IMG/VR virus record: IMGVR_UViG_3300037067_010746
DNA from: an uncultured virus (IMG/VR IMGVR_UViG_3300037067_010746)
Taxonomy: Duplodnaviria; Heunggongvirae; Uroviricota; Caudoviricetes
Strand: one strand, 5' to 3'
DNA: 64,000 nt
Position 1 is the stretch's first letter, and each line of letters starts with the position of its first letter. Shown in pieces: positions 48,633 through 57,634 of the stretch. The position numbers and the translations under genes are program-made. Under the pieces are notes generated by a model that searched no databases, was not told the origin of the DNA, and worked only from the letters and a program-made list of their open reading frames with translations.

Positions 48633-49601
48633 ATGACTATAGAAAGAAAAACACGAGGATACTTTACTGGTGGAGGACTACCAAGAGGAGTAGCATACAA
48701 ACGATTTAGAGCAATGAATAAACCAGATGAACGTACATTTCAACATGTATTTAATTCTATCCTCATGCCTTCTGAAGTAGATGATGCAGCAAAACCTGAT
48801 TTTTCAGGACATTCACGACAAGCAACTAATGAAGAAGTAATGCTTAGAACTGTTTTATGGGGAGATGGACATACTCGATTTGTAAAACCAAGTCAAATAC
48901 CAATTGGCGAAAAATCTATAACATCAAATGTTGAAGGTAATTTTGAATTAGAAAATGATGAAGTTACTCCTGGAATAAGTGAATATTATGGAACAAATGA
49001 AGCTGGAGAGAAAGGATATCATTCATTGGCAATAATTCCTGTAGTTTATTTTATTGATGTTCCGTTGGGTTCTTGTCAAACAAGAGCTTACACTGATGGT
49101 AATAGAAAAAGAGAGAAAGCGTTAATTATCCCGAAAGAATATTTAGAAATAGGAAAACGAATAATTTGGACTTGTTATTATTGTGCTTCAACATTTGACA
49201 TTGATACAGAAATTGAATTTGGAATTTATTGGCAAAGTAGAATAATACTTGATCAAGGAGATATATGGAGAGGAGAGATGTGGAGATCTGACGATGAAGC
49301 TTATCCACCAAAAGGAACAGTAGTCGATCCATACGATACATTATGTAAATCCATTCTGGTAATAGATATATTAGAAGGGAATATTCTTATTAATGCTTAC
49401 AATGAGTACCATCATCATGGAGATAATGAAATGCTTCCAAATCGTTCTTGTTGTTATACGGGAAAAGTTACTTCTCCTCTATTAAATGAAAACTTAATAT
49501 TATCATTCGAATATAAATTTAATGAAGGAAATAATACTTTTCAATATAATAGAAGTGAAGTAGAAATTATAAGAACTAATATAATATCTACTATGCCTTA
49601 A
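48633..49601 (+). CDS. Putative second tail fibre/receptor-binding protein
   Basis: N-terminus is paralogous to 47213-48619 (R.....F....KP....F...F.SI); beta-rich C-terminus. Confidence 0.55.
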   Translation: MTIERKTRGYFTGGGLPRGVAYKRFRAMNKPDERTFQHVFNSILMPSEVDDAAKPDFSGHSRQATNEEVMLRTVLWGDGHTRFVKPSQIPIGEKSITSNVEGNFELENDEVTPGISEYYGTNEAGEKGYHSLAIIPVVYFIDVPLGSCQTRAYTDGNRKREKALIIPKEYLEIGKRIIWTCYYCASTFDIDTEIEFGIYWQSRIILDQGDIWRGEMWRSDDEAYPPKGTVVDPYDTLCKSILVIDILEGNILINAYNEYHHHGDNEMLPNRSCCYTGKVTSPLLNENLILSFEYKFNEGNNTFQYNRSEVEIIRTNIISTMP

Positions 49602-50307
49602 TCCAAGTTTTAATATATTCAACAATTTCAATATATTTCATTAATCTTAATTTCGAATATATTTCATAATTTAATTCAGCAAAGCTCCCCATGTGGGAGT
49701 TTTCTGTTTTGCGTTCGTGTTCGATATGCCAAAGATTATATTTTAGATATTTAATTTTTAATAAAAGTCTTCGAGCTCTTTCATTCCTTTCAAAATCTTC
49801 ATATCCCCAACCTTTCATCGTTTCGTTTTCTCCACCAATAGATAGAAATTTTTCTTTATCAGCAAAATATAAACCTCCAACAGAACCTTTCCATAAAATA
49901 GGATAATTTTCTTTAAATGTTTCTTCAGTAATTCCAATAGTTAAAATATCTTTAGGAATATTATACATATTTACAAAATAAGGAACTGCATAATCATATC
50001 CTTCTTGTAATGCGGATATAGAATCGACATAGTTTTTCTTAAGAGTAAACACATCTGTATCATTTACACATATATATTTTGTTGTAACGAATTTTACAAC
50101 TTCATTAATTAATTTTGTTTTATAATTAAATTCTAAAGATGGAGATATGAATTTTGAAGCATCAAAATCATCTATTTCATTAGTAGTACAAGAAACTATT
50201 ATATTTACAGCACCAATACTTTTTAAGTAGTTTATTATAAAATTTACATTATTTTTTCTATCTTCTGAATCTTTTTGATATGGGATAATAAATGTCGTGT
50301 CTTTCAT
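49591..50307 (-). CDS. GT-A glycosyltransferase (GT2/GT7 C-terminal type)
   Basis: TFIIPY N-terminus, DxD motif (NDTDV), GGENETMKGWGYEDFE and WHIEH. Confidence 0.85.
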   Translation of the reverse strand: MKDTTFIIPYQKDSEDRKNNVNFIINYLKSIGAVNIIVSCTTNEIDDFDASKFISPSLEFNYKTKLINEVVKFVTTKYICVNDTDVFTLKKNYVDSISALQEGYDYAVPYFVNMYNIPKDILTIGITEETFKENYPILWKGSVGGLYFADKEKFLSIGGENETMKGWGYEDFERNERARRLLLKIKYLKYNLWHIEHERKTENSHMGSFAELNYEIYSKLRLMKYIEIVEYIKTWIKA

Positions 50308-50328
50308 GATTATAATTTTAAATGATTT

Positions 50329-50362
50329 AAAAAAATGGGGAAAAGATTAAATCTTCTCCCCA
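50329..50362 (-). terminator. Rho-independent terminator on the minus strand
   Basis: The minus strand reads TGGGGAGAAGAT-TTA-ATCTTTTCCCCA followed by T7. Confidence 0.8.
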
Positions 50363-50380
50363 ATAGTTAAATAAAAACAA

Positions 50381-50716
50381 CTATACTACTTTGAAATCAT
50401 CATATAAAGAATTAATTTCAATATTTTGCAGTTTAAATGTATTTTCTTTGAATTGTTCTGGATGTTGATATGGATTAATAAGTATAAATTTCGCATGAAT
50501 CTTTTTAGCATATTCATTACAATCCTTACTATCTTCACACATATTATGATGTTTAGAACATAATCCCATTAATAATTCAATTATATCTTTTCCTTCACCT
50601 CGTTTTTCAAGATGATGTATTCCTCCTGTAGCCGGGAGTCCACATACTTCACAATAATGATGTTCATTAGGGTAAATGTCGAAATGATTTTTATATACTT
50701 TAGTATGATTAAACAT
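50381..50716 (-). CDS. HNH endonuclease-like protein
   Basis: CEVCG...GIHH...LMGLCSKHH. Confidence 0.7.
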   Translation of the reverse strand: MFNHTKVYKNHFDIYPNEHHYCEVCGLPATGGIHHLEKRGEGKDIIELLMGLCSKHHNMCEDSKDCNEYAKKIHAKFILINPYQHPEQFKENTFKLQNIEINSLYDDFKVV

Positions 50717-51074
50717 TTCCTACTTCTAATATTTCGCCACAACCAATAATAAAATCACCTCTTTTAAGAATAACTTCTAATCCATTAGAATAATTTCGTG
50801 TTCCTTCATCAAACATATTATCAACTCCATAAATATAATGGCCTAAATATCTACAAATAAAATAAGGTCTATCATCTCCATATCCATTTACAATATGAAT
50901 TAAATCATAATCTTTTAATGTTATACCATCCTTTTGGTACATTCTGGATTTAATCCATTTTGAAGGTTTACGATATTCTTCTTTTTTCTCACCAGTAATC
51001 ATTACATCAAAAGGTAATTTGCTTAAGTTTAGATGTAAGATCTTTAATCCGGAATATTTAACTTGTTCTATCAT
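50709..51074 (-). CDS. ASCH (PUA-like) domain protein
   Basis: LHLNL...FD.M.TGEKKEEYR...W..R and NGY, matching the ASCH GxKxxExR signature. Confidence 0.75.
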   Translation of the reverse strand: MIEQVKYSGLKILHLNLSKLPFDVMITGEKKEEYRKPSKWIKSRMYQKDGITLKDYDLIHIVNGYGDDRPYFICRYLGHYIYGVDNMFDEGTRNYSNGLEVILKRGDFIIGCGEILEVGNV

Positions 51075-51708
51075 AAATTTTATTTTTTAATTGTTGTAAT
51101 TCCGGAGTCCATAAAGTAATAATTGCTCCTGGTTTATTTGAATCTACATGAAATCCTAAATACTCAGGCATGAATCGTAATACATCATCATCTTTATAAT
51201 ATCCATTTTCTGTCATCATATCTGCTAAAATATGAGAAGCATTATTGTAATCAAATATTCGTGCAGAACTACGAATAAAATAAAAGAATACTCTATAAGG
51301 CAATTGTTTTCCTTCTATAAGCTTTTCCCATATAACAAGATTTTTCTCAAATGTTTGTTTTTGTTCTTGTTGAAATGATCTTACAGGTTTACTTGGTTGT
51401 AAGGAAGCTATTTTATGTCTAACAGCAACTTCTCCACATTTAGAACAACGCCAAACGCCATGATTATCTTTCTGCATTAATCCACCTTTAGTAAGACAGC
51501 ATACCGACTTCTTAGTTGGAATCTGCATAATCTCCTTGCTATTTTTTAATGAAGGAGTATTTGTTGGAATAAATATAGCTTTGTTATTTTTATGTAGCTC
51601 TCTTAAATAATTAACCATTTCTTGATTAATTATTAATTGAGCTTTCATTAAATCATTATCTGATAATTTAGATAAATCTATATCATCATTAAACATTTCT
51701 TGTTGCAT
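51058..51708 (-). CDS. RusA-like Holliday junction resolvase with Zn-ribbon insertion
   Basis: PSLKNSK, FDYNN, LADMM and DDD acidic motifs; inserted CC...CSKC. Confidence 0.65.
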   Translation of the reverse strand: MQQEMFNDDIDLSKLSDNDLMKAQLIINQEMVNYLRELHKNNKAIFIPTNTPSLKNSKEIMQIPTKKSVCCLTKGGLMQKDNHGVWRCSKCGEVAVRHKIASLQPSKPVRSFQQEQKQTFEKNLVIWEKLIEGKQLPYRVFFYFIRSSARIFDYNNASHILADMMTENGYYKDDDVLRFMPEYLGFHVDSNKPGAIITLWTPELQQLKNKIYDRTS

Positions 51709-51709
51709 A

Positions 51710-52036
51710 TTATTTATTATTTATTAAAAATTCATATAGATCAGAAGAGGTTTTCATTGAAATAATTGTTCCATCTTTATATCGTGCGATTAATTTTAAA
51801 TGATCCTTGCCAAAATTAATGTCATAACAAAACCAATTAATCCATTTATTTTCTTTATCATTAAACTCTTCTTCTAAGATATTAAATATCGATAAAGTCA
51901 AAATATGGTTATTTGGTAATAAGTTTGCAGTAAATGCATCTGGGAAAGCTGCTCCTATCTTATGAGAAAAATCGATATCACAAGTTAATTGAATCTCTAA
52001 AGCTTTTATTGTTTTTATAAACAATTCTTTTGTCAT
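51710..52036 (-). CDS. Hypothetical protein
   Basis: 108 aa, tightly packed; contains WINWFCYDINFG and DLYEFL. Confidence 0.65.
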   Translation of the reverse strand: MTKELFIKTIKALEIQLTCDIDFSHKIGAAFPDAFTANLLPNNHILTLSIFNILEEEFNDKENKWINWFCYDINFGKDHLKLIARYKDGTIISMKTSSDLYEFLINNK

Positions 52037-52037
52037 T

Positions 52038-52358
52038 TTAATTTATTTTAATAAAATTTATTATACGTAACATCTCTTGTTTTATATGACGATTTTTAAT
52101 CATCGAGATATTTATTGATTTATTATTTGTATTTAGAAGTAAAATATAAAATAAATTCAATTCTACTGTAATATCTAGAATAAGAGGATATTTAAAGGAT
52201 CCACTATCAATACAATATATAGCCAAAGAAGCGGACTCCTTTGGACTACATAGTATTGCATTAAATATATTACTTGTCCATACATCATAACCTCCACATT
52301 GACCAGAATAATATTGATCAAGAACGCCATTGTAAATTACATGTGTTTCTTTATCCAT
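52038..52358 (-). CDS. Hypothetical protein
   Basis: 106 aa, abutting both neighbours. Confidence 0.55.
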   Translation of the reverse strand: MDKETHVIYNGVLDQYYSGQCGGYDVWTSNIFNAILCSPKESASLAIYCIDSGSFKYPLILDITVELNLFYILLLNTNNKSINISMIKNRHIKQEMLRIINFIKIN

Positions 52359-53942
52359 TTAAAAAAGTGTTTGTTGTTCTCCAATTTCTAATAATCCGGA
52401 ATGTTTTTGTTTCTTAGGTACATCTTCACCATTTTGTTTTCGTTTCCAACTATCCCATTCTTTTGGAGGTAACCAATTTTTTAATTTAGTTGCACGAATA
52501 TTGAATTGTTCCCAAAGTTTCTCATCTTTAAATTCAAGATGCATTGTACCTTTCTTAAAGAACTTAATATTGAAGAATGTTGATTCTAATGTATTATCAA
52601 ACTTATCTGATGTTTTTACTTTACCTAAGACTTCAAATTTTCTATCAAGAGCATAACTTATAGTGAAAATATTTTTGATATCTTGTCCTGTTAAATAGCA
52701 CATACATTTATCAATATCTTCAAGAGAACCTTTCATTTGATAATTAATTGAGAACGTATCTCCATAAATAGATAAATCATGAGAAGATGAATATTGACCA
52801 TATTTAATAGTATGAGGAAATATTACTTTCTTATTTACTTTCCAACAGTCATTAGTTTTCCAACCCTCTACATGGTTTCTATTTTCAGGATAGTGTCTAG
52901 TCATTAAATCAAAAGTATCTTCTAAAGCCTGGTCAAGAATCATTGATGAGTTATTAATAATATCATAAATTACTTTATAAATATTCTCTTTCGTGAAACT
53001 CATTTGAGATTGTTGACTTATGAATTTTTGAAAGTTATTACGAACTCTTTCAGTCATATATTTTTCAATGCCGGATTTAGATAATGCAAAAGTCCATGAA
53101 GCTGTTTTTATTTCATCAACAAAAATATTAAAACTATCGACACCTTTAAATCCAGCATCATTTGCCATCTTAATAATATTAGTATAGTTATCAACAATAC
53201 CATTTGAATGATATTCTAATTGCTGACAAGCTCTCATCCAATTTATATATGCAGTTTTCATATGCTCATATTGACCAACAATGCTTTCAATTATATCATA
53301 TACTTGAATTCCTGATATAGATTCTTCATTTAAATCATTGCAAGTAAAAGCCGCTTCTTCATTTTCAAATGAGAAGTCAAATAGAGGCTTTTTAGCAACT
53401 TTCTTTAATCGAACGATAGAAACATTAACATTTGTTTTTCTCTCTGCATTCGCGAAGCAATCACCTAAATGTTCAACACTTCCATGTTCTGAAATAAGAT
53501 TTGCTAAAAGTTTTCTTGTTCCGTTAAATGGATTAAGAATTGTTTCGCTATTAAGTAGGCATACTATATCTCCAGCATAAAGAATATCCCAAGCATGAAG
53601 TAGATGTTCATCTCCATTAGCAAAAGGAGGATTCATTAAAATCATTTCAAATAGAATATCAGTAGAAGAATAATTTAAAAAGTCATCTCCTATTAATCGC
53701 GTATTTGATTTACTTTTAAGAATCTCTTGAAGATTATGGTCTATTTCAAGAGCATAGAATTTTGGTTTATTGTAATCAGTTCTACTACAGATATATTCAA
53801 TTATATCTCCTTTCCCTGCCGATGGTTCTAATATATGTTTCGGCAAAATCCACCCAGAATATCGACTTCCATTTTTTTCATATGGAGTCAACATTTTATG
53901 AATTATATTAGGTGGAGTAGGATAGAATTGTTCTCCAAACAT
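52359..53942 (-). CDS. SAM-dependent DNA (N6-adenine) methyltransferase with DUF4942-like C-terminus
   Basis: QFYPTP, motif I ILEPSAGKG, motif IV MNPPF, and C-terminal FFNIKFFKKGTMHLEF. Confidence 0.85.
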   Translation of the reverse strand: MFGEQFYPTPPNIIHKMLTPYEKNGSRYSGWILPKHILEPSAGKGDIIEYICSRTDYNKPKFYALEIDHNLQEILKSKSNTRLIGDDFLNYSSTDILFEMILMNPPFANGDEHLLHAWDILYAGDIVCLLNSETILNPFNGTRKLLANLISEHGSVEHLGDCFANAERKTNVNVSIVRLKKVAKKPLFDFSFENEEAAFTCNDLNEESISGIQVYDIIESIVGQYEHMKTAYINWMRACQQLEYHSNGIVDNYTNIIKMANDAGFKGVDSFNIFVDEIKTASWTFALSKSGIEKYMTERVRNNFQKFISQQSQMSFTKENIYKVIYDIINNSSMILDQALEDTFDLMTRHYPENRNHVEGWKTNDCWKVNKKVIFPHTIKYGQYSSSHDLSIYGDTFSINYQMKGSLEDIDKCMCYLTGQDIKNIFTISYALDRKFEVLGKVKTSDKFDNTLESTFFNIKFFKKGTMHLEFKDEKLWEQFNIRATKLKNWLPPKEWDSWKRKQNGEDVPKKQKHSGLLEIGEQQTLF

Positions 53943-53943
53943 A

Positions 53944-54111
53944 TTAATTTATTATTTCTTTTTGTAACACATCGAGATTATCAATAATATAATCTTTTAA
54001 TTCGCCAAAACATTTATTATTTTCATATAACCAAAGTAAATACGTTGCTGGTATATTCGCAAGTTTTATTCCTTTGTATTTTCCAAATGTTAAAATTGTT
54101 TCATCATCCAT
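53944..54111 (-). CDS. Small DUF3820-like protein (55 aa; absent from supplied ORF track)
   Basis: Manual translation MDDETILTFGKYKGIKLANIPATYLLWLYENNKCFGELKDYIIDNLDVLQKEIIN has the FGKYKG...P..YL.W motif. It exactly fills the gap. Confidence 0.8.
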   Translation of the reverse strand: MDDETILTFGKYKGIKLANIPATYLLWLYENNKCFGELKDYIIDNLDVLQKEIIN

Positions 54112-54571
54112 TTTTTAATAATGTATTATTTAATTCGAGTAATTCTTTACAGGTACTATTGAAATTGCTGCATCCTTTATAAATATAATGATTAGTAGAT
54201 ATAGAAGAAAATATATATTCATCTGAAATATTCATTAATAATTTTAAATCAGATATCATTAAATGTTTGTCTTTCGTAGCTTCGCTTATCCATCCTATTA
54301 ACTCTTCAATAAATGATTCTCTATTAATAATACAATATTCGAATAAATCTTCTTCTCTTATTTTTTCAGCAATTTGAATATTATTAATTTTATCATCATC
54401 TAAAATATATTGGATTTCATATAATTTATTATATGACTCTTCATTTGCGATAAAATGCTTTATTGGAGTTCCTATTATTTTATAATCCCAACATTTAGAT
54501 TCTAAATATTGAATTAATTCTTTATGTTCTTCTCTAGAACAATTATGTGGATCTATATATATTTTATTCAT
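54104..54571 (-). CDS. Hypothetical protein
   Basis: 155-aa ORF in the packed minus-strand block. Confidence 0.6.
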   Translation of the reverse strand: MNKIYIDPHNCSREEHKELIQYLESKCWDYKIIGTPIKHFIANEESYNKLYEIQYILDDDKINNIQIAEKIREEDLFEYCIINRESFIEELIGWISEATKDKHLMISDLKLLMNISDEYIFSSISTNHYIYKGCSNFNSTCKELLELNNTLLKNG

Positions 54572-54601
54572 AACAATTAAAAGCTATTAAGTCTAATTTT
54601 T

Positions 54602-54745
54602 TCAATTACGATATTGATTTCTTATATTATTTTCAGTTGTATGTTTCCCTCTACTTTTATTAGTTAAATAAATTAATTGGGTTACAACTTCATCTTCAGA
54701 AAATGTATCTGAATATAAATTATTTAATTCTTTTTCTTTATTCAT
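54602..54745 (-). CDS. Small hypothetical protein (47 aa; absent from ORF track)
   Basis: ATG at 54745, 3 nt after the upstream stop. Translates as MNKEKELNNLYSDTFSEDEVVTQLIYLTNKSRGKHTTENNIRNQYRN*. Confidence 0.45.
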   Translation of the reverse strand: MNKEKELNNLYSDTFSEDEVVTQLIYLTNKSRGKHTTENNIRNQYRN

Positions 54746-54748
54746 AAC

Positions 54749-55087
54749 TTAAATTATGATTACATCTTTCGGATCAAATGAACGAAATATTATTTCTTTA
54801 GTATTAGTTATTTTAATTCCAACGAATTCAGAAATAATAAGAATATTATTTTGTAAATGATATCGAATACGACAAAAGAATGAATATCCTATTAGGTCTT
54901 TATACCACCACATATTGCTTTGACAAGAAACGACAATTATAGAACAATAATATTCATTACTTTTTCTCTTTTGTATGTATGGATTATCATAATATGAACT
55001 TTGGATTAATAAATTAATATTATCTACTTCAGAATTAAAAATTTCATCCATTTCTTTTTCAATTCCTAATGCTTTATAATTAGTCAT
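54749..55087 (-). CDS. Hypothetical protein
   Basis: 112 aa; contains WWYKDLIG. Confidence 0.6.
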   Translation of the reverse strand: MTNYKALGIEKEMDEIFNSEVDNINLLIQSSYYDNPYIQKRKSNEYYCSIIVVSCQSNMWWYKDLIGYSFFCRIRYHLQNNILIISEFVGIKITNTKEIIFRSFDPKDVIII

Positions 55088-55328
55088 TTTTAATTTCCCA
55101 TAAATGATGACAGAATGGATGCAGATTTACAAACTCACTTTTCGGAGGGAATATCTGAGCCATATAAATATTATCTGGTAGGAATTTATACCTAGCCTCT
55201 TTTATCTCTTTATAAGATGGTTGATTATTAGGAGTGCTAATAGATAGATGCCATTTACCATTATCTTTAGTAATGATTATACGACATCTACCCATTCGAA
55301 ACACTCCTTCAGTAAAATTAGTCGGCAT
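55080..55328 (-). CDS. Conserved small phage protein with His-rich motif (DUF7694-like)
   Basis: WHLSIS...PSY.E....R..F......Q.FPP...FVN.HP.C.HLW. Confidence 0.7.
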   Translation of the reverse strand: MPTNFTEGVFRMGRCRIIITKDNGKWHLSISTPNNQPSYKEIKEARYKFLPDNIYMAQIFPPKSEFVNLHPFCHHLWEIKND

Positions 55329-55539
55329 AAGTAATATTTCTTATAATAGACCAAGTACATTTATATGTTCTTTTACCAACATCATATACTCTAATTGTTC
55401 CATTAGTTTTTCCATTAGAGAATTCTCTAATAATTTGAAATTCCGCATTATTATATAATACGACTTCATGTTTTGGATCAATTTCAGGCTCTTTGTCATC
55501 AGACTTCCAAGAATACGTTAGTGTTAATGTTCCTTTCAT
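55318..55539 (-). CDS. Hypothetical protein
   Basis: 73 aa, overlapping both neighbours. Confidence 0.55.
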   Translation of the reverse strand: MKGTLTLTYSWKSDDKEPEIDPKHEVVLYNNAEFQIIREFSNGKTNGTIRVYDVGKRTYKCTWSIIRNITYAD

Positions 55540-56087
55540 TATAAATTGAATTTTCTAATTCTTCGATACCAAGGTAATTGATTATGAGAACAAACTTTCT
55601 TAACAGTATCTCTAAATCTTTCAGTTATTTCAGTTAATTGTTTTTCTAATTTCTGAATATTAGAAAGAGCATGTATCATTTCGTTTTTCAATTCAATATT
55701 AGTATCTTTTTTACCAATATATATAGCAATCCAATCAGAAAGTTCTGCAGCAATATCAACACGATTACCACCATTTTCTTTTCTTTTCTTTGAACGACCT
55801 CGTACTTTGATTTGAATACCTTTATTTTTAAATATTCGAAGTAAATCTATAAACTCCCAGCCTTCACGTGTATTTGGCACAGAGAAAGATTGAGTACCAT
55901 TAGATGATTTCATTTTTGTTATCCATTCTACATCAGTTATAGAAATTTTTACAAAAATTGGTCTTCCATTATTTAATATAGCACTTTGTCCTTCTACTGT
56001 ATTTACTGTAGGAAAAGAAATTGCTCTATATTTTATGTCTTTATATTTAAAGATATCTCCGATTGTTTGTCCGTTTACTGTTCTCAT
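55539..56087 (-). CDS. Hypothetical protein with C-terminal coiled coil
   Basis: 182 aa, TAATG-coupled. Confidence 0.6.
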   Translation of the reverse strand: MRTVNGQTIGDIFKYKDIKYRAISFPTVNTVEGQSAILNNGRPIFVKISITDVEWITKMKSSNGTQSFSVPNTREGWEFIDLLRIFKNKGIQIKVRGRSKKRKENGGNRVDIAAELSDWIAIYIGKKDTNIELKNEMIHALSNIQKLEKQLTEITERFRDTVKKVCSHNQLPWYRRIRKFNL

Positions 56088-56197
56088 TAGTTTTTTCGTT
56101 TTAAATTCATAGATTGTACTATATCAGGTATTATTAATATATGCTGATTATTTTTACTAATATAATCTGTTGTATATTCTTTAAAATTTTCTATCAT
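56087..56197 (-). CDS. 36-aa micro-ORF (absent from ORF track)
   Basis: MIENFKEYTTDYISKNNQHILIIPDIVQSMNLKRKN*, with TAATG overlaps at both ends. Confidence 0.55.
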   Translation of the reverse strand: MIENFKEYTTDYISKNNQHILIIPDIVQSMNLKRKN

Positions 56198-56955
56198 TAT
56201 TCAATTTTTACAGGGTTAACACTCATTTCAGCAAGATTTACATATACTCCTTGAAATGTAATAAAGTAATTTTTTAATAAGTTCCATAACATTGTTGCTC
56301 CAAAAGGAATAAGACTTGTATTAATAAATAAATCTTGTTCAGATAAAGCAGCTGCAAGAGAACAACTTGGAGTATCGTCTCCATCATCAGTTAAAGAAGG
56401 ATACATGTCAATTATTGTTTTAAGTTTACCGACAGTATTATCAACAGCTTTAGGTTGCGGAATATCTTTAAATGTGCCCAGAATTACTTGGCCGTGAACT
56501 TTCATATTTCCAAAATCAAGAAAATAATGTGGCTCATCTTCTTCTCGAAGTGATTTATTCTTTTTCGAAAACATATTATGAATATCATGTCTAGTTTTCG
56601 CATTATCCACACAAGAAATAATAATATTAGCCCCACCAAATTGCTCTTGTGGATATCTATTTGTTTTAAATTCCCATTCAGTACCAAAAAATCGATTACA
56701 ACGATCAATAAGTACTTGAGCTTTATATTTTCCAATATCTGAAGTAGAAAATAATTGTCTACCTATATTTGAAAGTGACACCTTATCTTTATCAAAAACT
56801 GTTACAACTAATCCTTTACGTTCAAATTGTAATAAAGCATGATGTATTCGAGCCAATGCTGTAAGCATTTGGCTACCCGTTCCACCTACACCAATTAGGT
56901 GAACAGATATTGGATGTAGATCAAGTAATAAGCCTGCCGGCAGAAAGTGTTTCAT
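56197..56955 (-). CDS. PRTRC-system ThiF-family (E1-like) ubiquitin-like activating enzyme
   Basis: LIGVGGTGS, D.D.V..SNIGRQLF, ISCVDN, LDFGN and the PRTRC-type PSCSLAAALSEQDLFIN (Cys codon at 56362-56364). Confidence 0.9.
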   Translation of the reverse strand: MKHFLPAGLLLDLHPISVHLIGVGGTGSQMLTALARIHHALLQFERKGLVVTVFDKDKVSLSNIGRQLFSTSDIGKYKAQVLIDRCNRFFGTEWEFKTNRYPQEQFGGANIIISCVDNAKTRHDIHNMFSKKNKSLREEDEPHYFLDFGNMKVHGQVILGTFKDIPQPKAVDNTVGKLKTIIDMYPSLTDDGDDTPSCSLAAALSEQDLFINTSLIPFGATMLWNLLKNYFITFQGVYVNLAEMSVNPVKIE

Positions 56956-57634
56956 TTGCGATGTTTTTTAATGTTCCTATAAGGAAATGTTCTTTAAATT
57001 CATAGTTATTATTTTTCCACATATCTTCTGCTTCAATCAAACGTGTCGTTCTCCACTCTCTAAAATAAGAGTTCCAGAAGCTTTCTAATGTTTCATTAAT
57101 AATATCATTAGCATCAGATAATTCTGCTCTCTTAACGTTTCCCATGCACACTTCTCCTGCATCATTAATATTAGGAAGTCCTAAATGATACAATAATGTT
57201 TTACTACCATTCCATTTTTTATATGCAAAGACATGAAGTGCTTTATTCTCATAAAAAAATACTATTCCTGGAACTTTATATTTTTTAGTTTCAAGTTTAT
57301 TGCAATCTTTTGTAAAAAATATTTTTCTTATTTTAGATGCATCATAGAATATCATTTTAACATCTTGTTTATTGACATTGAAATAAAATAAATTATTTGG
57401 TACCTGACCATTTATGGAAACAACTGGTTTCTTTGATGGATTTATTTTTTTAATTACCTTATAATTTTCCAATACATCTTTAATCAAATCGTAAGAAAAC
57501 ATACGAGCTGCTTTTATTTTATTTTGAATAACTGGATGATATTCGATATGATGATTGCCACAATCTGATTTGTATACAGCAAGTACCATTGTTAATAAGA
57601 TATTCTCATTAATTGTTTTTAAATCTGGTATCAT
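56921..57634 (-). CDS. PRTRC-system protein B (prokaryotic E2 family D-like)
   Basis: VPGIVF, LHVFA, LYH..LPNI...GEVCMGN (Cys codon at 57146-57148) and FWNSYF. Adjacent to the E1. Confidence 0.85.
   Translation of the reverse strand: MIPDLKTINENILLTMVLAVYKSDCGNHHIEYHPVIQNKIKAARMFSYDLIKDVLENYKVIKKINPSKKPVVSINGQVPNNLFYFNVNKQDVKMIFYDASKIRKIFFTKDCNKLETKKYKVPGIVFFYENKALHVFAYKKWNGSKTLLYHLGLPNINDAGEVCMGNVKRAELSDANDIINETLESFWNSYFREWRTTRLIEAEDMWKNNNYEFKEHFLIGTLKNIANETLSAGRLIT

Noticed and set aside
49691..55458. + strand ORFs 49691-49906, 53338-53580 and 55234-55458
   Set aside because: They are antisense shadows of the glycosyltransferase, the methyltransferase and small minus-strand genes.
56197..56955. 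ThiF as a thiamine/molybdopterin biosynthesis or sulfur-relay enzyme
   Set aside because: It lacks the CxxC Zn pairs of canonical ThiF/MoeB and has no cofactor-pathway neighbours. It carries the PRTRC-type PSCS...QDLFIN motif next to E2 and Ubl genes.
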